From contig OZ244561.1 in NCBI GenBank assembly GCA_965217585.1, forward strand, positions 192,001 to 256,000: 64,000 bases of DNA, in the 5' to 3' direction. Within the stretch, counting starts at the first letter, position 1. Each line of letters starts with the position of its first letter. This document shows, piece by piece, positions 1 to 12,179 of the stretch. Source of the stretch: Candidatus Latescibacterota bacterium (GTDB taxonomy: Bacteria; Latescibacterota; UBA2968; UBA8231). A program made the position numbers and the translations under genes. A model generated the notes under the pieces. The model had not been told where the DNA came from and ran no database searches. It saw nothing but the letters and a program-made list of their open reading frames with translations.

Positions 1-369
1 TTCTCCTGACCCAAGCCTAGACGGCTGTAGGTGTTGGCCGCGCGGATCGACGTTTATCACCGCCAGGTCTTTGAGTTCGTCTTGGGCGACAACGCCCGTA
101 ATCGGCATCCAAGTCCCGTTGAACGGCTTGGCCCATCCTTCTTTGATGCCCTTGATTACATGGTGCGCCGTGAGAATTTGGCCCGTTGACTTGATGATGA
201 TTCCGCTCCCAACTCCCTCTCCCTCATTGGTAGAAACCTTGAGGAATACTACGCTTCCCTTCTCTTCCTTGGCAATCTGCTGAGTAAACGTGGAGCCGCT
301 TTGTCCCGACCCGCCACACCCCATCCAGCCGATAGCCAGTATGAATCCGAGCGCGATGTGCCGTTTCAT
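1..369 (-). CDS. Trypsin-like (S1C/HtrA-type) serine protease lipoprotein, partial (runs off window start)
   Basis: Not in ORF track. Manual translation from ATG at 369 (RBS GGGAG upstream): MKRHIALGFILAIGWMGCGGSG...GVGSGIIIKSTGQILTAHHVIKG...DELKDLAVINV. Shows the GSG-hydrophobic strand, the catalytic His motif TAHHV, the Asp motif DLAV and a lipobox-like Cys. Confidence 0.85.
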   Translation of the reverse strand, partial: MKRHIALGFILAIGWMGCGGSGQSGSTFTQQIAKEEKGSVVFLKVSTNEGEGVGSGIIIKSTGQILTAHHVIKGIKEGWAKPFNGTWMPITGVVAQDELKDLAVINVDPRGQHLQPSRLGSGE

Positions 370-384
370 CTTGACTCCCTAGTG

Positions 385-2013
385 TTATTTGAGGCGTTCC
401 AGTTCAAATTCATTGCCCTTGTGGTTGAAAACCCATTTTTCATCCTTTTCAAAAGCCACCCCCTCCTCACCGACCGGATCGTCCATCCGATTTCTTAGTT
501 CGGCCCTTTCGTCGCCCTCTTCGGCCGGCAGTAAGCGGTATTTGCATTTGAACAGGCTGTCTCGCCGCAAATATCCCAAAACGATATCCTTTCCGCTTTG
601 GTTTGTGTACTCCAATTCCTTTTGACCGCCGGGGCGCATCCAGTACTTGTACTCGACGTCTGCTAGCCGATAAACGAGCCTCCTGAAATAAACCATTCCC
701 CCGGTAGCTACCACAGCGATGGGTAGCAAGATCACCGCGACCCAAGCCCGCCACAGATAGAGAGGGGAACGGACTTGCAACCTGCCTCTTATGGCTCCTC
801 CCTTGGGCACCACTTCCAAACCCTCTCGGTCTCGGTGCAGGAAGTGTATCAGATCGTCTGGCGTATAGATACGCTCGACTTCTTGGGGGTTGTCGGTAAA
901 GTATTTCTCCTGATAAATCGGAGTCATGCGAAACGAGCCAGGCGGTATCTCCAAGACAACCCTGGACATATATTGCATCGGAATCGGGCTTATACGCGCC
1001 ATGCCAAGCTGGTCGAAGAAGCCAACCTCGTTGGGCAAGAACGGGCCTAGGCGGACCCGGCACGAATAGCGATATTTGTTCTGGGTATTATGCTCCAGCT
1101 TCTCTTCAAGGCGGGGTGGAGTAACTCGTCCTCTCCCGCTAGCTCGACTCCAGTACCGCCGATCTTCGGGCTGCATGGGAACGATCCTAGGCTGGCTCAC
1201 CTTCAACCGCACCGGATTACCATGCTCATCCATCGGCTCGATATTCAGGTAGCTCAATTGCGACTCTAAGGTAAAGGAGAAATGGACCAACTCGGATTCG
1301 TCCATGCCGATGGTGCTCGGCTGGTCCGAATATGCCCTGCGTTTGCGATGTAGAACAATGCGGTGGTCTAGCGGCTTCATCAGCATCGGTTCCAAGCCGC
1401 CAGCCTTGAGTTGGGAGATGAGTTTGCCGAATCTAGCGCGCTGATCTTCTTCTGTGAGATAGGCATACAGGACCACCCCACGCGGACCTTGGTGGTACGC
1501 CTTGTCCGGGTGATTGAACAACCGCCCGTCAAAGGGCAGACTCAGCGGCACGGCATATAGTACTTGTACCACATCCTCCGCAAAACGCGCATAGAGCCCC
1601 CGAACATCCTCGTCATTGGTGGTCGCCTGCACATTATCGGTTAAGAAAAAAGTAATCGGCGCCCATCCAAGCCCTTCTTCAAAAGCCCTGAGCAAATTGG
1701 TATAGCTGCCCCAGCGTGCGTCTTGGGTCTCCTCGATCCACACTAGCGAATCCGGGTGTTGGGATACAAAAAATAAAGTGCCCGCCTCCAGTTGCTGGTC
1801 TTGGCAGGCTTTTTCCAACGAGGTCAGCAATTTCTGTAGCTCACCTGTCTGCTGGAAGCCCTCCATTGAACCAGAGCCATCGACCAATATGCTGACATCC
1901 ATCCCAGCGGCGGCACGAGGGCCGCCAAGCCCTAGGCAGCACAGCAGAGCAACGTACCAGAATGACTGGTTTTCAAACGGCCAATAGGTCATAGCGATAT
2001 AGATGGTACTCAT
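385..2013 (-). CDS. vWA-domain membrane protein (signal peptide, vWA, C-terminal TM, short cytoplasmic domain)
   Basis: MIDAS-like ILVDGSGSM, later YTNL and FFLTDN; hydrophobic N-terminus; TM segment AWVAVILLPIAVVATGGMVYF followed by RR. Exact start uncertain. Confidence 0.7.
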   Translation of the reverse strand: MSTIYIAMTYWPFENQSFWYVALLCCLGLGGPRAAAGMDVSILVDGSGSMEGFQQTGELQKLLTSLEKACQDQQLEAGTLFFVSQHPDSLVWIEETQDARWGSYTNLLRAFEEGLGWAPITFFLTDNVQATTNDEDVRGLYARFAEDVVQVLYAVPLSLPFDGRLFNHPDKAYHQGPRGVVLYAYLTEEDQRARFGKLISQLKAGGLEPMLMKPLDHRIVLHRKRRAYSDQPSTIGMDESELVHFSFTLESQLSYLNIEPMDEHGNPVRLKVSQPRIVPMQPEDRRYWSRASGRGRVTPPRLEEKLEHNTQNKYRYSCRVRLGPFLPNEVGFFDQLGMARISPIPMQYMSRVVLEIPPGSFRMTPIYQEKYFTDNPQEVERIYTPDDLIHFLHRDREGLEVVPKGGAIRGRLQVRSPLYLWRAWVAVILLPIAVVATGGMVYFRRLVYRLADVEYKYWMRPGGQKELEYTNQSGKDIVLGYLRRDSLFKCKYRLLPAEEGDERAELRNRMDDPVGEEGVAFEKDEKWVFNHKGNEFELERLK

Positions 2014-3262
2014 GATCGCGGGTCATCACGTACACGTATTTGCCGAAACCCGCTGGCGGCACAACCGGATCTTCGCCTAAAGGCCAGCCGCGCAAGAAAA
2101 GTTCCCCTCCTCGTTCATCAAGACGGGAAAGACGAAATTCCGTATTAGCTCCCACTCCTCTTTGGAAGTTGGCGACCAAGCCGCCCAAGCCTTTGGTCTG
2201 ATCAATGTGCCTCATGGAATATCCGGGACTACACTCCAATTTGGACGTAACTTGCCGATTCAATGGATCGAACAATAGCATAAAATTAGACCCTATCGCC
2301 ATATAGCAATAGCCGGACTCGATCCGCAATGTCTGTAGGGCCTGTACCTCTACCTCGGTTCGGCTCGGAATTTCTTTTAGCACCTGTTGGCCGACTAACT
2401 GTAGGGCACACAAGCCCCCTTCTTGAGTCAATAGCCATATTGACGGATCCTCGCCGCGCATCACGCCCGCCGAAGCGGCTAATGGGACGCCGCGGGCATC
2501 CTCATCCTCATACGAGATTTTCTTGCCCTGTTCCAAATTCAAGAAAACAACCCTATTTTCCTCTTCTATTAAGCCCAGATAGGTCTCGCTTCCCCGAATT
2601 GGGATCATTTCTTGGATAGGCAACGAATTTTTGTCTAGCTCTTGCTTTTGCAATTCGTCGAAAATGCGGTTCTCGCTCTTCCAGTATCGATCGCAACTTG
2701 CTTTATCTACCTTATATACATGAATAGTCAACGCCTCTTGGTCCAGCAGGAAAAGCCGATTCCGGCCTAAGGCAATCTTCTCGACGCGCTCACATTCCAC
2801 GGCAAGCGGCTTCCACGAAGCAGCTTTCAGCATATCGTCGTTCAACAACGAAGAGGTCGGAAACACCTGCAGCGTCCCCACCTCCGTGAGCGCGTAAATC
2901 CACCAGCGGTCAAAATCCACCTGACGCAAGGAAGTCGAATCCCCTTTGAGTGGAGGCAGGTCGAGTTGCTTGTCCTCTATGTAGGTACTCATTTCTCCGT
3001 TGGATTTATCCACTAATAAAGGCTGGCCGAACACGTTAAAGAGGTCGTCAACTCGGTCCATAATAACCGGCAGATTCCCGACAGCACTGTCTTTACTCTC
3101 TCCGGAAGGTATGTCGGCCATGTAATCGACAGGTTTGCTCTCGACAGCACCGCCGCAAACGGCGCAAAAATTAGCGAGCGCATGATGCTCGCGGCCATCT
3201 TTAGAACACGTCCAAGCGTTCTTATGCCAATTCCAGTCTTGCATCATTTCTCGCATCCTCAC
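1973..3262 (-). CDS. Hypothetical protein with N-terminal zinc ribbon and probable beta-propeller
   Basis: WTCSKDG..H...NFCAVCGG at the N-terminus; repeated short beta-strand blades; overlaps the vWA gene. Confidence 0.55.
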   Translation of the reverse strand: MRMREMMQDWNWHKNAWTCSKDGREHHALANFCAVCGGAVESKPVDYMADIPSGESKDSAVGNLPVIMDRVDDLFNVFGQPLLVDKSNGEMSTYIEDKQLDLPPLKGDSTSLRQVDFDRWWIYALTEVGTLQVFPTSSLLNDDMLKAASWKPLAVECERVEKIALGRNRLFLLDQEALTIHVYKVDKASCDRYWKSENRIFDELQKQELDKNSLPIQEMIPIRGSETYLGLIEEENRVVFLNLEQGKKISYEDEDARGVPLAASAGVMRGEDPSIWLLTQEGGLCALQLVGQQVLKEIPSRTEVEVQALQTLRIESGYCYMAIGSNFMLLFDPLNRQVTSKLECSPGYSMRHIDQTKGLGGLVANFQRGVGANTEFRLSRLDERGGELFLRGWPLGEDPVVPPAGFGKYVYVMTRDHEYHLYRYDLLAV

Positions 3263-5325
3263 CCTATCTCAATCCCGCGTACCGCTTCCGATCTCGGTTA
3301 TAGACTTGTCCCCGTAGGGCGGTCGGTGGCACTCTAAAATAGAGGGCCACTTTGTAACGTCAATGACAGAATACCGCCCCGCTCCAGCCCCTAAATCCCA
3401 GCTTCCCACACATCCTCAACCCCGGCCCGCAACAACTCAGCCACGCTCCACGCCTGGGCGATGCAGCCGCGAGGCGCAAAAGGCGGCTCGGCGTCAAATA
3501 TCTCCGAGACCGTGCCCAAGCCCGCCTCATCCAAGTGCGCGGCAAAGCCGTCGAGGAGGGCACGAGAGCGCTGGCGACCCGCGCGACCGTGGCAACGCAG
3601 AGGGCGGTAATGTACGGGCCGATGAGCCAGCCCCAGACCGTGCCCTGGTGATACGCGCTATCGCGCTCCCAAGGGCTACCCGCATACTGGGCGCAGTACG
3701 CCGGATCGCTCGGCGAAAGGCTGCGCAGGCCGCGCGGGGTCAGCAAGTGTTGGTCAATCACGGATAAGATTCGCCGCGCCCGCTCGCCCTCGATGAGCGG
3801 GAAGGGCAGCGAGAGCGCGAAGATCTGATTGGGGCGGATCGCCCAATCCGGCCCCTCGGGCGCAACCACGTCGCATAAATACCCGCGCTCTTCGCACCAG
3901 AACAGACGCTCAAAGGACGCACGCACCTCAGCGGCGCGCTGGCCGTACTCGGCGTGCTGACCAAATACCTCGGCCAAGTGCTGCAAAATTTTGAGCGCAT
4001 TGTACCAGAGGGCATTGACCTCCACGGGTTTACCCGTGCGCGGCGAGATCACCCAATCGACGACCTTGGCGTCCATCCACGTCAGTTGCACCCCCGGCTC
4101 CCCAGCCGCGAGCAGGCCATCGACACCGGCCCGGATCTGATAGCGCGTGCCGCGTTCGTGCCAAGCCGCTATGTCCTCTAGCGTCGGCCACAGCTCGCGG
4201 GCAAACTCGTAGTCTTGGGTGTATTGCAAATACTTGTAGAGCGCGACAAAAAACCACAAAGTCGCGTCCACCGCGTGGTATTCCGGGACCTCTCCCGCGT
4301 CGGGAAAGCGGTTGGGGATCATGCCCTTGCTGACGTGCTCGGCAAACGCCGCGAAGATATCCCGCGCCTCGGCAAAGCGCTCGGTGACCAAGCACAGGCC
4401 GGGCAGGGCGATCATGGTGTCGCGGCCCCAATCCGTGAACCAATGGTAGCCCGCGACAATGGTGTGCAGGCCATCGCCGCGCCGCACCAGAAACTGAGCG
4501 GCCGCCCGCGCCAGCGATTGCAGCAAAGGGTCGGCGGCCCAAGAGGCGTGCACCACCACCTGCTGGCGGCGGTCGATCTCGCCGGTGAGAAGCGTGAGGG
4601 GGTCACGGCAGGCGGGAAGCTCGGTGGCTGCAATTACGCCAACGGTGGCCCCGGGGTCGAGTTGCAGACGCAGGCGACCGGGCGTGAACAGGTCTTCGCT
4701 GTGGTCGAGGCCGCGCTCTTCCTCGCGCGGATATTGGAAGTTGTAGTACCAGTCCGGGGCGGCCTCCCAGCACGCGCCCGGGGCGAGAATGTGAGCGGTG
4801 GGCTGCTCCCGATAAGGGCGATAAGCCAGCGTATCCTCGACCCAATCGGCCGTTGGAGCCACTTGATCGTTGGCCTGCATCAAGTGGTGATAGTCCCGGC
4901 CGGCGAAAAAGGGGCGCAACTCCAAACAAAGCGGGCCGGACGCCTTCTCCAGCTCGTACGCGACGACCAAGGCTTGCTCACCCGCGAGCAAGGCCAGTCG
5001 CTTGCGCAACACCCACCCATCCCCCGCGTACGTCCACGTCGGCACCGGCTCGGACGCGAAGGCAGTTAGCCATTGGTCGCCCCGTGGATGAATGACTCCG
5101 GGAAAAATGCTGCAACTTAGCTCGACGCGTCTTGTGGGTAGGACCAAAGTCTCGTCGAGCCGCGATAGCAGCACCACCCGGCCGACCGGCGGCTGAGTGG
5201 CGACGACCAGCAGACCGTGATAGCGCCGGGTGTGCGCGCCGCTAACCGTGGAGGAAGCCCAGCCGCCCAAACCATTGGTCTCCAGCCACTCTTGGGAGAA
5301 TTTGTACTCGCTGCCTTCAGGCAGT

Positions 5326-7281
<1,956 letters not shown>

Positions 7282-7328
7282 GCGAGCTAACTCCTCATTA
7301 GGGTGGAAATAGCCATCAATAGCGCAAA

Positions 7329-8114
7329 CTACTTACTACCGGCCACCGGCGGCAAGGGCCACTCGTCACCGGCCATAAAGCCGCCATCGACATAGATGCA
7401 CTGCCCGGTGACGTAATCCGAAGCTGGCGCGGCGAGAAAGACGGCTGTGCCGACCAAGTCTTCGGGCGTCCCCAAGCGGTTGAGCACAACCCGCCCCTCG
7501 CCCCAAGCACGCATGGTGTCGTCGGCCCACAGCTTCTCACTGAGCGAGGTGAGTATAAAGCCCGGGCAGATGGCGTTGACCTGGATGTTGTGCGACCCGA
7601 ACTCAATGGCTTGGCCCTTGGTGAGCTGGCCGACGGCCCCCTTGGTCGCGGTGTACACCGACACTTTGGCGAGGGCATAGCCCGTGGTCAGCGAGCCGAT
7701 ATTGATGATCTTGCCGCCTTGGCCGCGCTCGATCATCTGGCGGCCGACCTTCTGGCTGAGGAAGTACAGGCCCTTGAGATTGACGGCCATGATCTGGTCG
7801 TAGTTTTCCTCCGAGACCTCGACGATGGGCTGGCGGATGTTCATGCCGGCATTGTTGAACAGGATGTCTATGGGGCCGCATTGCTCCAAAGCCGCGTCCA
7901 TACCCTCTAAGTCGGCCATGTCCAATTCGACCGCGCGGGCCTTGCCGCCGGCGGCCTCAATGGCAGCGACGGCTTCGTCGAGCTGGCTGCGGGTGCGAGC
8001 GGCGCAGATAACCGTGGCCCCGGCTTCAGCCATACCTGCGGCCACGCCGCGACCAATGCCGCGACTAGCACCAGTGACGAGGGCGACTTTTCCCTCTAGC
8101 GAAAATAGACTCAC
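7329..8114 (-). CDS. SDR family oxidoreductase (gluconate 5-dehydrogenase/KduD-like)
   Basis: [24 protein letters not shown]; GTG start at 8114 preceded by AAGGAG. Confidence 0.9.
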   Translation of the reverse strand: MSLFSLEGKVALVTGASRGIGRGVAAGMAEAGATVICAARTRSQLDEAVAAIEAAGGKARAVELDMADLEGMDAALEQCGPIDILFNNAGMNIRQPIVEVSEENYDQIMAVNLKGLYFLSQKVGRQMIERGQGGKIINIGSLTTGYALAKVSVYTATKGAVGQLTKGQAIEFGSHNIQVNAICPGFILTSLSEKLWADDTMRAWGEGRVVLNRLGTPEDLVGTAVFLAAPASDYVTGQCIYVDGGFMAGDEWPLPPVAGSK

Positions 8115-8185
8115 GATACACTCCTTCGTTGTTTGTGGTTGCGTTGGTTTAATGATAATCGGGGTTGGCGTTCCAGCAAGGCTTT

Positions 8186-9154
8186 TCAGGCGGGTACGGA
8201 AGCGATGAGGTACTCCAATTTTTCGCCTCCCAGCGGCGAGATCTCGCAAGCGCGGCCAGCCGGCACCAGCGCAGTCGCGCCCGTGCCCAAGGTGCACTCG
8301 CCCACGCGCGCCCGGCCGCGGACGACCGTCAGCGACAGAAACGATCCCTCGGCCCGATGCTCAGCCTGGCCTCGGTCTAAGCCACAGCCGCGCAGCACAA
8401 AGTGCTCGGACTCTACCAGCACTTGGCCCCGCAGCACGGGATGCGTCACCGGCCCGGGCAGGCGTTGGGCAAAGTCGATGACCTCAAGGGCCTGCTCCCA
8501 GTGCAGGGCGCGCGGCCGGCCGTAGTCGTAAATGCGGAAGGTCAGGTCGCTCGTTTGCTGCACCTCGTACAGAACGACCCCCTGGCACAGGGCGTGTACC
8601 GTACCCGGCGGCACAAAGAGCACGTCCCCTTGCGCGACCGGGTAAAAGCGGACGACCTCGGAGACGCGGTTGGCCGCGTGCGCGGCGACAAACTCCGCGC
8701 GGCCCACGCCCTCGGCCAGTCCGCAAGCTACGCGGCCGCCGTCTGATTGCAGCACGTACCAAGCCTCCATCTTGCCGCTGTCCACCAACCCATTGCGCCG
8801 GGCGTACTCGTCGTCGGGATGCACTTGGATCGACAGATCTTGCTGGGCGTCGAGGAGCTTAATAAGCAAGGGGAAGCGTTCTTGGTAGCGCGACCACACC
8901 GCAGCACCGACCAAGTCGGCGCGGTGCGTGGCCACCAACTCGCGCAGCGAGCGACCGTCCGCCGCCCGGCTCTCGCGGCCCTCGTACGCCGACAGCTCAA
9001 AGGACTCGCCAATGAGCGCATCGCCCGGCAGGGCCTTGCCGTAGAGCGCAGCTAAGCGACGACCGCCCCACACCATCTCCCGGTAATAGGGCGTCAAGGG
9101 AATGACATCGGGCAATTTATCCATCGACTGCAACACGTTCACAGTTTCGACCAA
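8186..9154 (-). CDS. Class I mannose-6-phosphate isomerase (cupin)
   Basis: VWGG, GESFE, FPLLIKLLDA..DLSIQVHP, KMEAWY, GTVHA, EVQQTSDLTFRIYDY; start may be 9124. Confidence 0.9.
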   Translation of the reverse strand: MVETVNVLQSMDKLPDVIPLTPYYREMVWGGRRLAALYGKALPGDALIGESFELSAYEGRESRAADGRSLRELVATHRADLVGAAVWSRYQERFPLLIKLLDAQQDLSIQVHPDDEYARRNGLVDSGKMEAWYVLQSDGGRVACGLAEGVGRAEFVAAHAANRVSEVVRFYPVAQGDVLFVPPGTVHALCQGVVLYEVQQTSDLTFRIYDYGRPRALHWEQALEVIDFAQRLPGPVTHPVLRGQVLVESEHFVLRGCGLDRGQAEHRAEGSFLSLTVVRGRARVGECTLGTGATALVPAGRACEISPLGGEKLEYLIASVPA

Positions 9155-10151
9155 GTACCAGCTCCCGCGAGGTCTCCAACAGCGACTCCTTGCGCGGCAG
9201 GTCAGCAGCTAGCGGCAACTGGGCCACGCCAATGAGCCGCCGCATGATCTCCATCCCGGCAAATTGCAGCGCCAAGCTGCGGGAAAGCGAAGGGTCGGTG
9301 CCGTAGTGGTCAAACACCGACTGCGCTAGTTCCAAGGGACGACCGGCGAGCAACAGGTGGCCGACGAGAATGCCCACGTCGAATTCCGGCGGGCCAAAGA
9401 AGCAAAACTCCGGATCGATGATCCACACGCCCCCACCGGCGCGCACCCAACTTCCCGGATAGAAGTCTCCGTGCAACAGGCAGGGGCCGTTTTCCAAGTA
9501 GAGCGCGCCCAGTTCGGCAATGGCGCTGCAATACGCCGCGTCGCCTTGCAAAGCTTGGGCGACCCGCGCTAGCCCGGGCGTGATCGCGTCGAGGTCGAGG
9601 CCGTTGTCCGGGCGCAGCGGGAAGCAGTACAAATGCTCGTGGTTGAGCTGGCGCATGGCGCGGTTTTCCAAGCGCGTCCGGGTCGGCTCGTCAAATGCCG
9701 CTTGGTGCAAGGACGCCAACCACTGGCACAGACCCGGCAAGGATGCAAACGCAGCCTCGCCATCATTGTACAAATCGGTACAATCCGCAGTCTCCCCCAA
9801 GTCTTCAAACGCGGCGACAAAATTCTCCTCGTCCCAACCCAAGAAGCCGGGCATGCGCTCGGCCACCAACGGGCAACCGGCAACGGCCTGGTAAAAGGCG
9901 GCCTCCACCAGCACCCGCTCCTCGGGCGCGGGAATGTCCGGGTACTTCTCGACCCAGGGACGCGACTGCTTGAGTATGAAGGAACGCTCTGCGGTCTGTA
10001 CGCGCAGGGTGAGGTTCATGTTGCCTTCACCAGCGCGGCCTAGCGCACACACCGATTCCGCGGGCAAAAGCCATCCTCGGGCACGTGCGTACGCGGCCAA
10101 CTCTTCGGGCCGGTCGATGTGCAGCAACGTGTAATTAGCTCGGTTTTCCAT
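9117..10151 (-). CDS. Phosphotransferase, 5-methylthioribose kinase (MtnK)-like
   Basis: GEGNMNLTLRV, KQSRPWV, LLHGDFYPGS, IIDPEFCFFGPPEFDVG, MEIMRRLIG.A. Confidence 0.8.
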   Translation of the reverse strand: MENRANYTLLHIDRPEELAAYARARGWLLPAESVCALGRAGEGNMNLTLRVQTAERSFILKQSRPWVEKYPDIPAPEERVLVEAAFYQAVAGCPLVAERMPGFLGWDEENFVAAFEDLGETADCTDLYNDGEAAFASLPGLCQWLASLHQAAFDEPTRTRLENRAMRQLNHEHLYCFPLRPDNGLDLDAITPGLARVAQALQGDAAYCSAIAELGALYLENGPCLLHGDFYPGSWVRAGGGVWIIDPEFCFFGPPEFDVGILVGHLLLAGRPLELAQSVFDHYGTDPSLSRSLALQFAGMEIMRRLIGVAQLPLAADLPRKESLLETSRELVLGRNCERVAVDG

Positions 10152-10395
10152 CGTTTATCTTGCATTCGTCTTTTTGTTTGCCCCTAAAGGTATATGACGA
10201 TGGGGGCGAGACAATACCGGGTGCGGGATGCGGCTTGCTAGCGCGTACCCCAATCGGCTTGATAGCACCCCTACCAGCTTGACATCAAGCGGGTAAACCC
10301 TATCAATTGAGGCATATCGGTGGCCAGCCCCATCACGCAGTGCGGGCCAAGGTCGCGATTCCACAACCAAGCTGCACTAGCGACTTCAGAATCTA

Positions 10396-11861
10396 TGACA
10401 CCTGCTGACCTTAATATTCTCATCCAGCAAGGCGAAGGCACCACGCTTGAGTTCAAGGAGAGCCTCTCGTCGTCTTTCTCACGCGAACTCGTGGCTATGG
10501 CCAACACAGTTGGGGGTAAACTCCTGCTCGGAGTGCGCGATGACGGCACGGTGACCGGCGTCAAAGACTCCAATGCGCTGCGGGCCCGTATTCAGGACAT
10601 CGCCCGCAACTGCGACCCTCCGGTGAAGGTACTGGTGGAGCCGGTGGATGACGTATTAGCAGTGCATGTACGGGAAAGCGACGCCAAGCCGGTGCAGTGC
10701 AGCGAGGGCTTCTTCTGGCGTCAGGGCGCGGGGACCCAAAAGCTCAGCCGCGACGAAATCCGCGATTTCTTCCGCAGCGAGGGCGTGATCCGGTTCGACC
10801 TCTCGCCCTGCTCCCGTTTCAGCTACCCGGAAGACTTCGACCGCGCGAAGTACGACGCTTGGCTTAAGCTGTCCGGCATCACTGGACAACCGCCGGTCGA
10901 AGACGTGCTGGTCAACATCGAGGTCGCCGAGCGAGCGGGCGACAAGCTGCTCTTCCGCAACGCAGGCGTGCTCTTCTTCGCCAAGAACGTGCGCCACTTC
11001 TTCTCGGAGGCATATATCACCTGCCTGCTGGGCAAGGGCGCGGACAAAGTGCATATCCTCGACCGACGAGACTTTGACGGCGGCATCGTGGCCGACATTG
11101 AGGATGCCTTGCGGTTCATTGAGCGCAATACCCGCACGGCCTATCGCATTGAAAGCCTGCGCCGCGAAAACATCCCGGAATACCCGATGAAGGCGCTGCG
11201 CGAGGCCATCACCAACGCGGTCATGCACCGCGATTGGTTTTTCGAGGGTGCCAACGTCTTCGTCGAGATCTACGCCAATCGCGTTGAGGTGATAAGTCCC
11301 GGCGGCCTGCCATCAGGACTGAAGTTGGCCGAACTCGGCCGCGAGAGCATCCGCCGCAATCCACTAATCGCCGATCTGCTCCACCGCATTGAGTTCATTG
11401 AAAAAGCGGGCACTGGAATTCGTCGCATTCGGGACGAGGCGAGGGAACAGGGCTGCCCAGAACCGGAATTTAAGATTCGGGGAGCCTTTTTCGTCGTTGT
11501 TTTCCGACCAGACCCCGAGGTGCGGGCATTAGAAGATCAAGTTACCGGGGAAGTTACCGGGGAAGTTACCGGGGAAGTTACCCCCCATGATACCCCCCAA
11601 GATACCCCCCAAGATACCGGAATAGCGCGTCTGTTAGAGGTAATATCGGGCGAGATGAATAGAAGACAGATCCAAGAAGCCTTGGGCCTGAAGAATACCA
11701 AACACGTCCGCAAAACCTATCTGCTCCCCGCCCTGCAAGCCGGCCTGATCGAAATGACCATCCCCGACAAGCCGCGCAGCAGCAAGCAACGCTACCGCCT
11801 GACGACGGCGGGACGCGAATATTTGCACAAATCCAAAGGGCAGGATAATGGCGAAGACTGA
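10396..11861 (+). CDS. Schlafen/AlbA_2 domain + RecG-C-like (HATPase_c_4) + C-terminal wHTH putative regulator
   Basis: GEGTTLEFKES, MANTVGG.LLLGVRDDG, ALREAITNAVMHRD, ISPGGLP, RNPLIADLL, EKAGTGI, PDKPRSSKQRY; ORF track start 10320, ATG at 10396 more likely. Confidence 0.88.
11539..11618 (+). repeat. In-frame 12-bp tandem repeats (AAGTTACCGGGG x3, then CCCCCCAAGATA-type units)
   Basis: Encodes QVTGEVTGEVTGEVTPHDTPQDTPQDT linker. Confidence 0.9.
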
Positions 11862-11869
11862 GGCTCACT

Positions 11870-11914
11870 AGCAATCGTCTTCGCCAACGCTTCTTCAAGA
11901 GCGGCTTGCCCGAA
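11870..11914 (+). repeat. 45-bp direct repeat, copy 1 (copy 2 at 26013-26057)
   Basis: AGCAATCGTCTTCGCCAACGCTTCTTCAAGAGCGGCTTGCCCGAA vs AGTAATCGTCTGCGCCAACACTTCTTCAAGAGCGGCTTGGCCGAA; 4 mismatches. Confidence 0.85.
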
Positions 11915-11938
11915 AGCGCTAAGAAGCATTCTTAAAAC

Positions 11939-12110
11939 CAATACGGTTTAGTTAAGCGAAAAAAGCGAGACGCCTCTAGCCTGTTGCTCGCTCTCTTTTG
12001 CCTCGTCATTCCTGCGGAAGCAGGAATCCAGCGGGGCGGGGAGACTGGACTCCTGCTTCCGCAGGAGTGACACCCCATGCAACCCACATCATGCTAACTA
12101 AACCGTATTG
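11939..12110. mobile_element. MITE-like element with 16-bp terminal inverted repeats and an internal RPE/dRS3-like palindrome pair
   Basis: CAATACGGTTTAGTTA (11939-11954) and TAACTAAACCGTATTG (12095-12110) are a perfect IR; inside, GTCATTCCTGCGGAAGCAGGAATCCAG (12005-12031) and its near-inverse (12045-12071). Confidence 0.75.
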
Positions 12111-12151
12111 TTTTTAAAACTCGCGTCGGGTGTCAGGTGTCGAAGAATGGG

Positions 12152-12179
12152 GTAGGGGCGACCGGCCGGTCGCCCCTAC
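12152..12179. repeat. GTAG-type REP palindrome, copy 1
   Basis: GTAGGGGCGACCGGCCGGTCGCCCCTAC is a perfect palindrome and supplies the stop codon of the giant gene. Confidence 0.85.
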
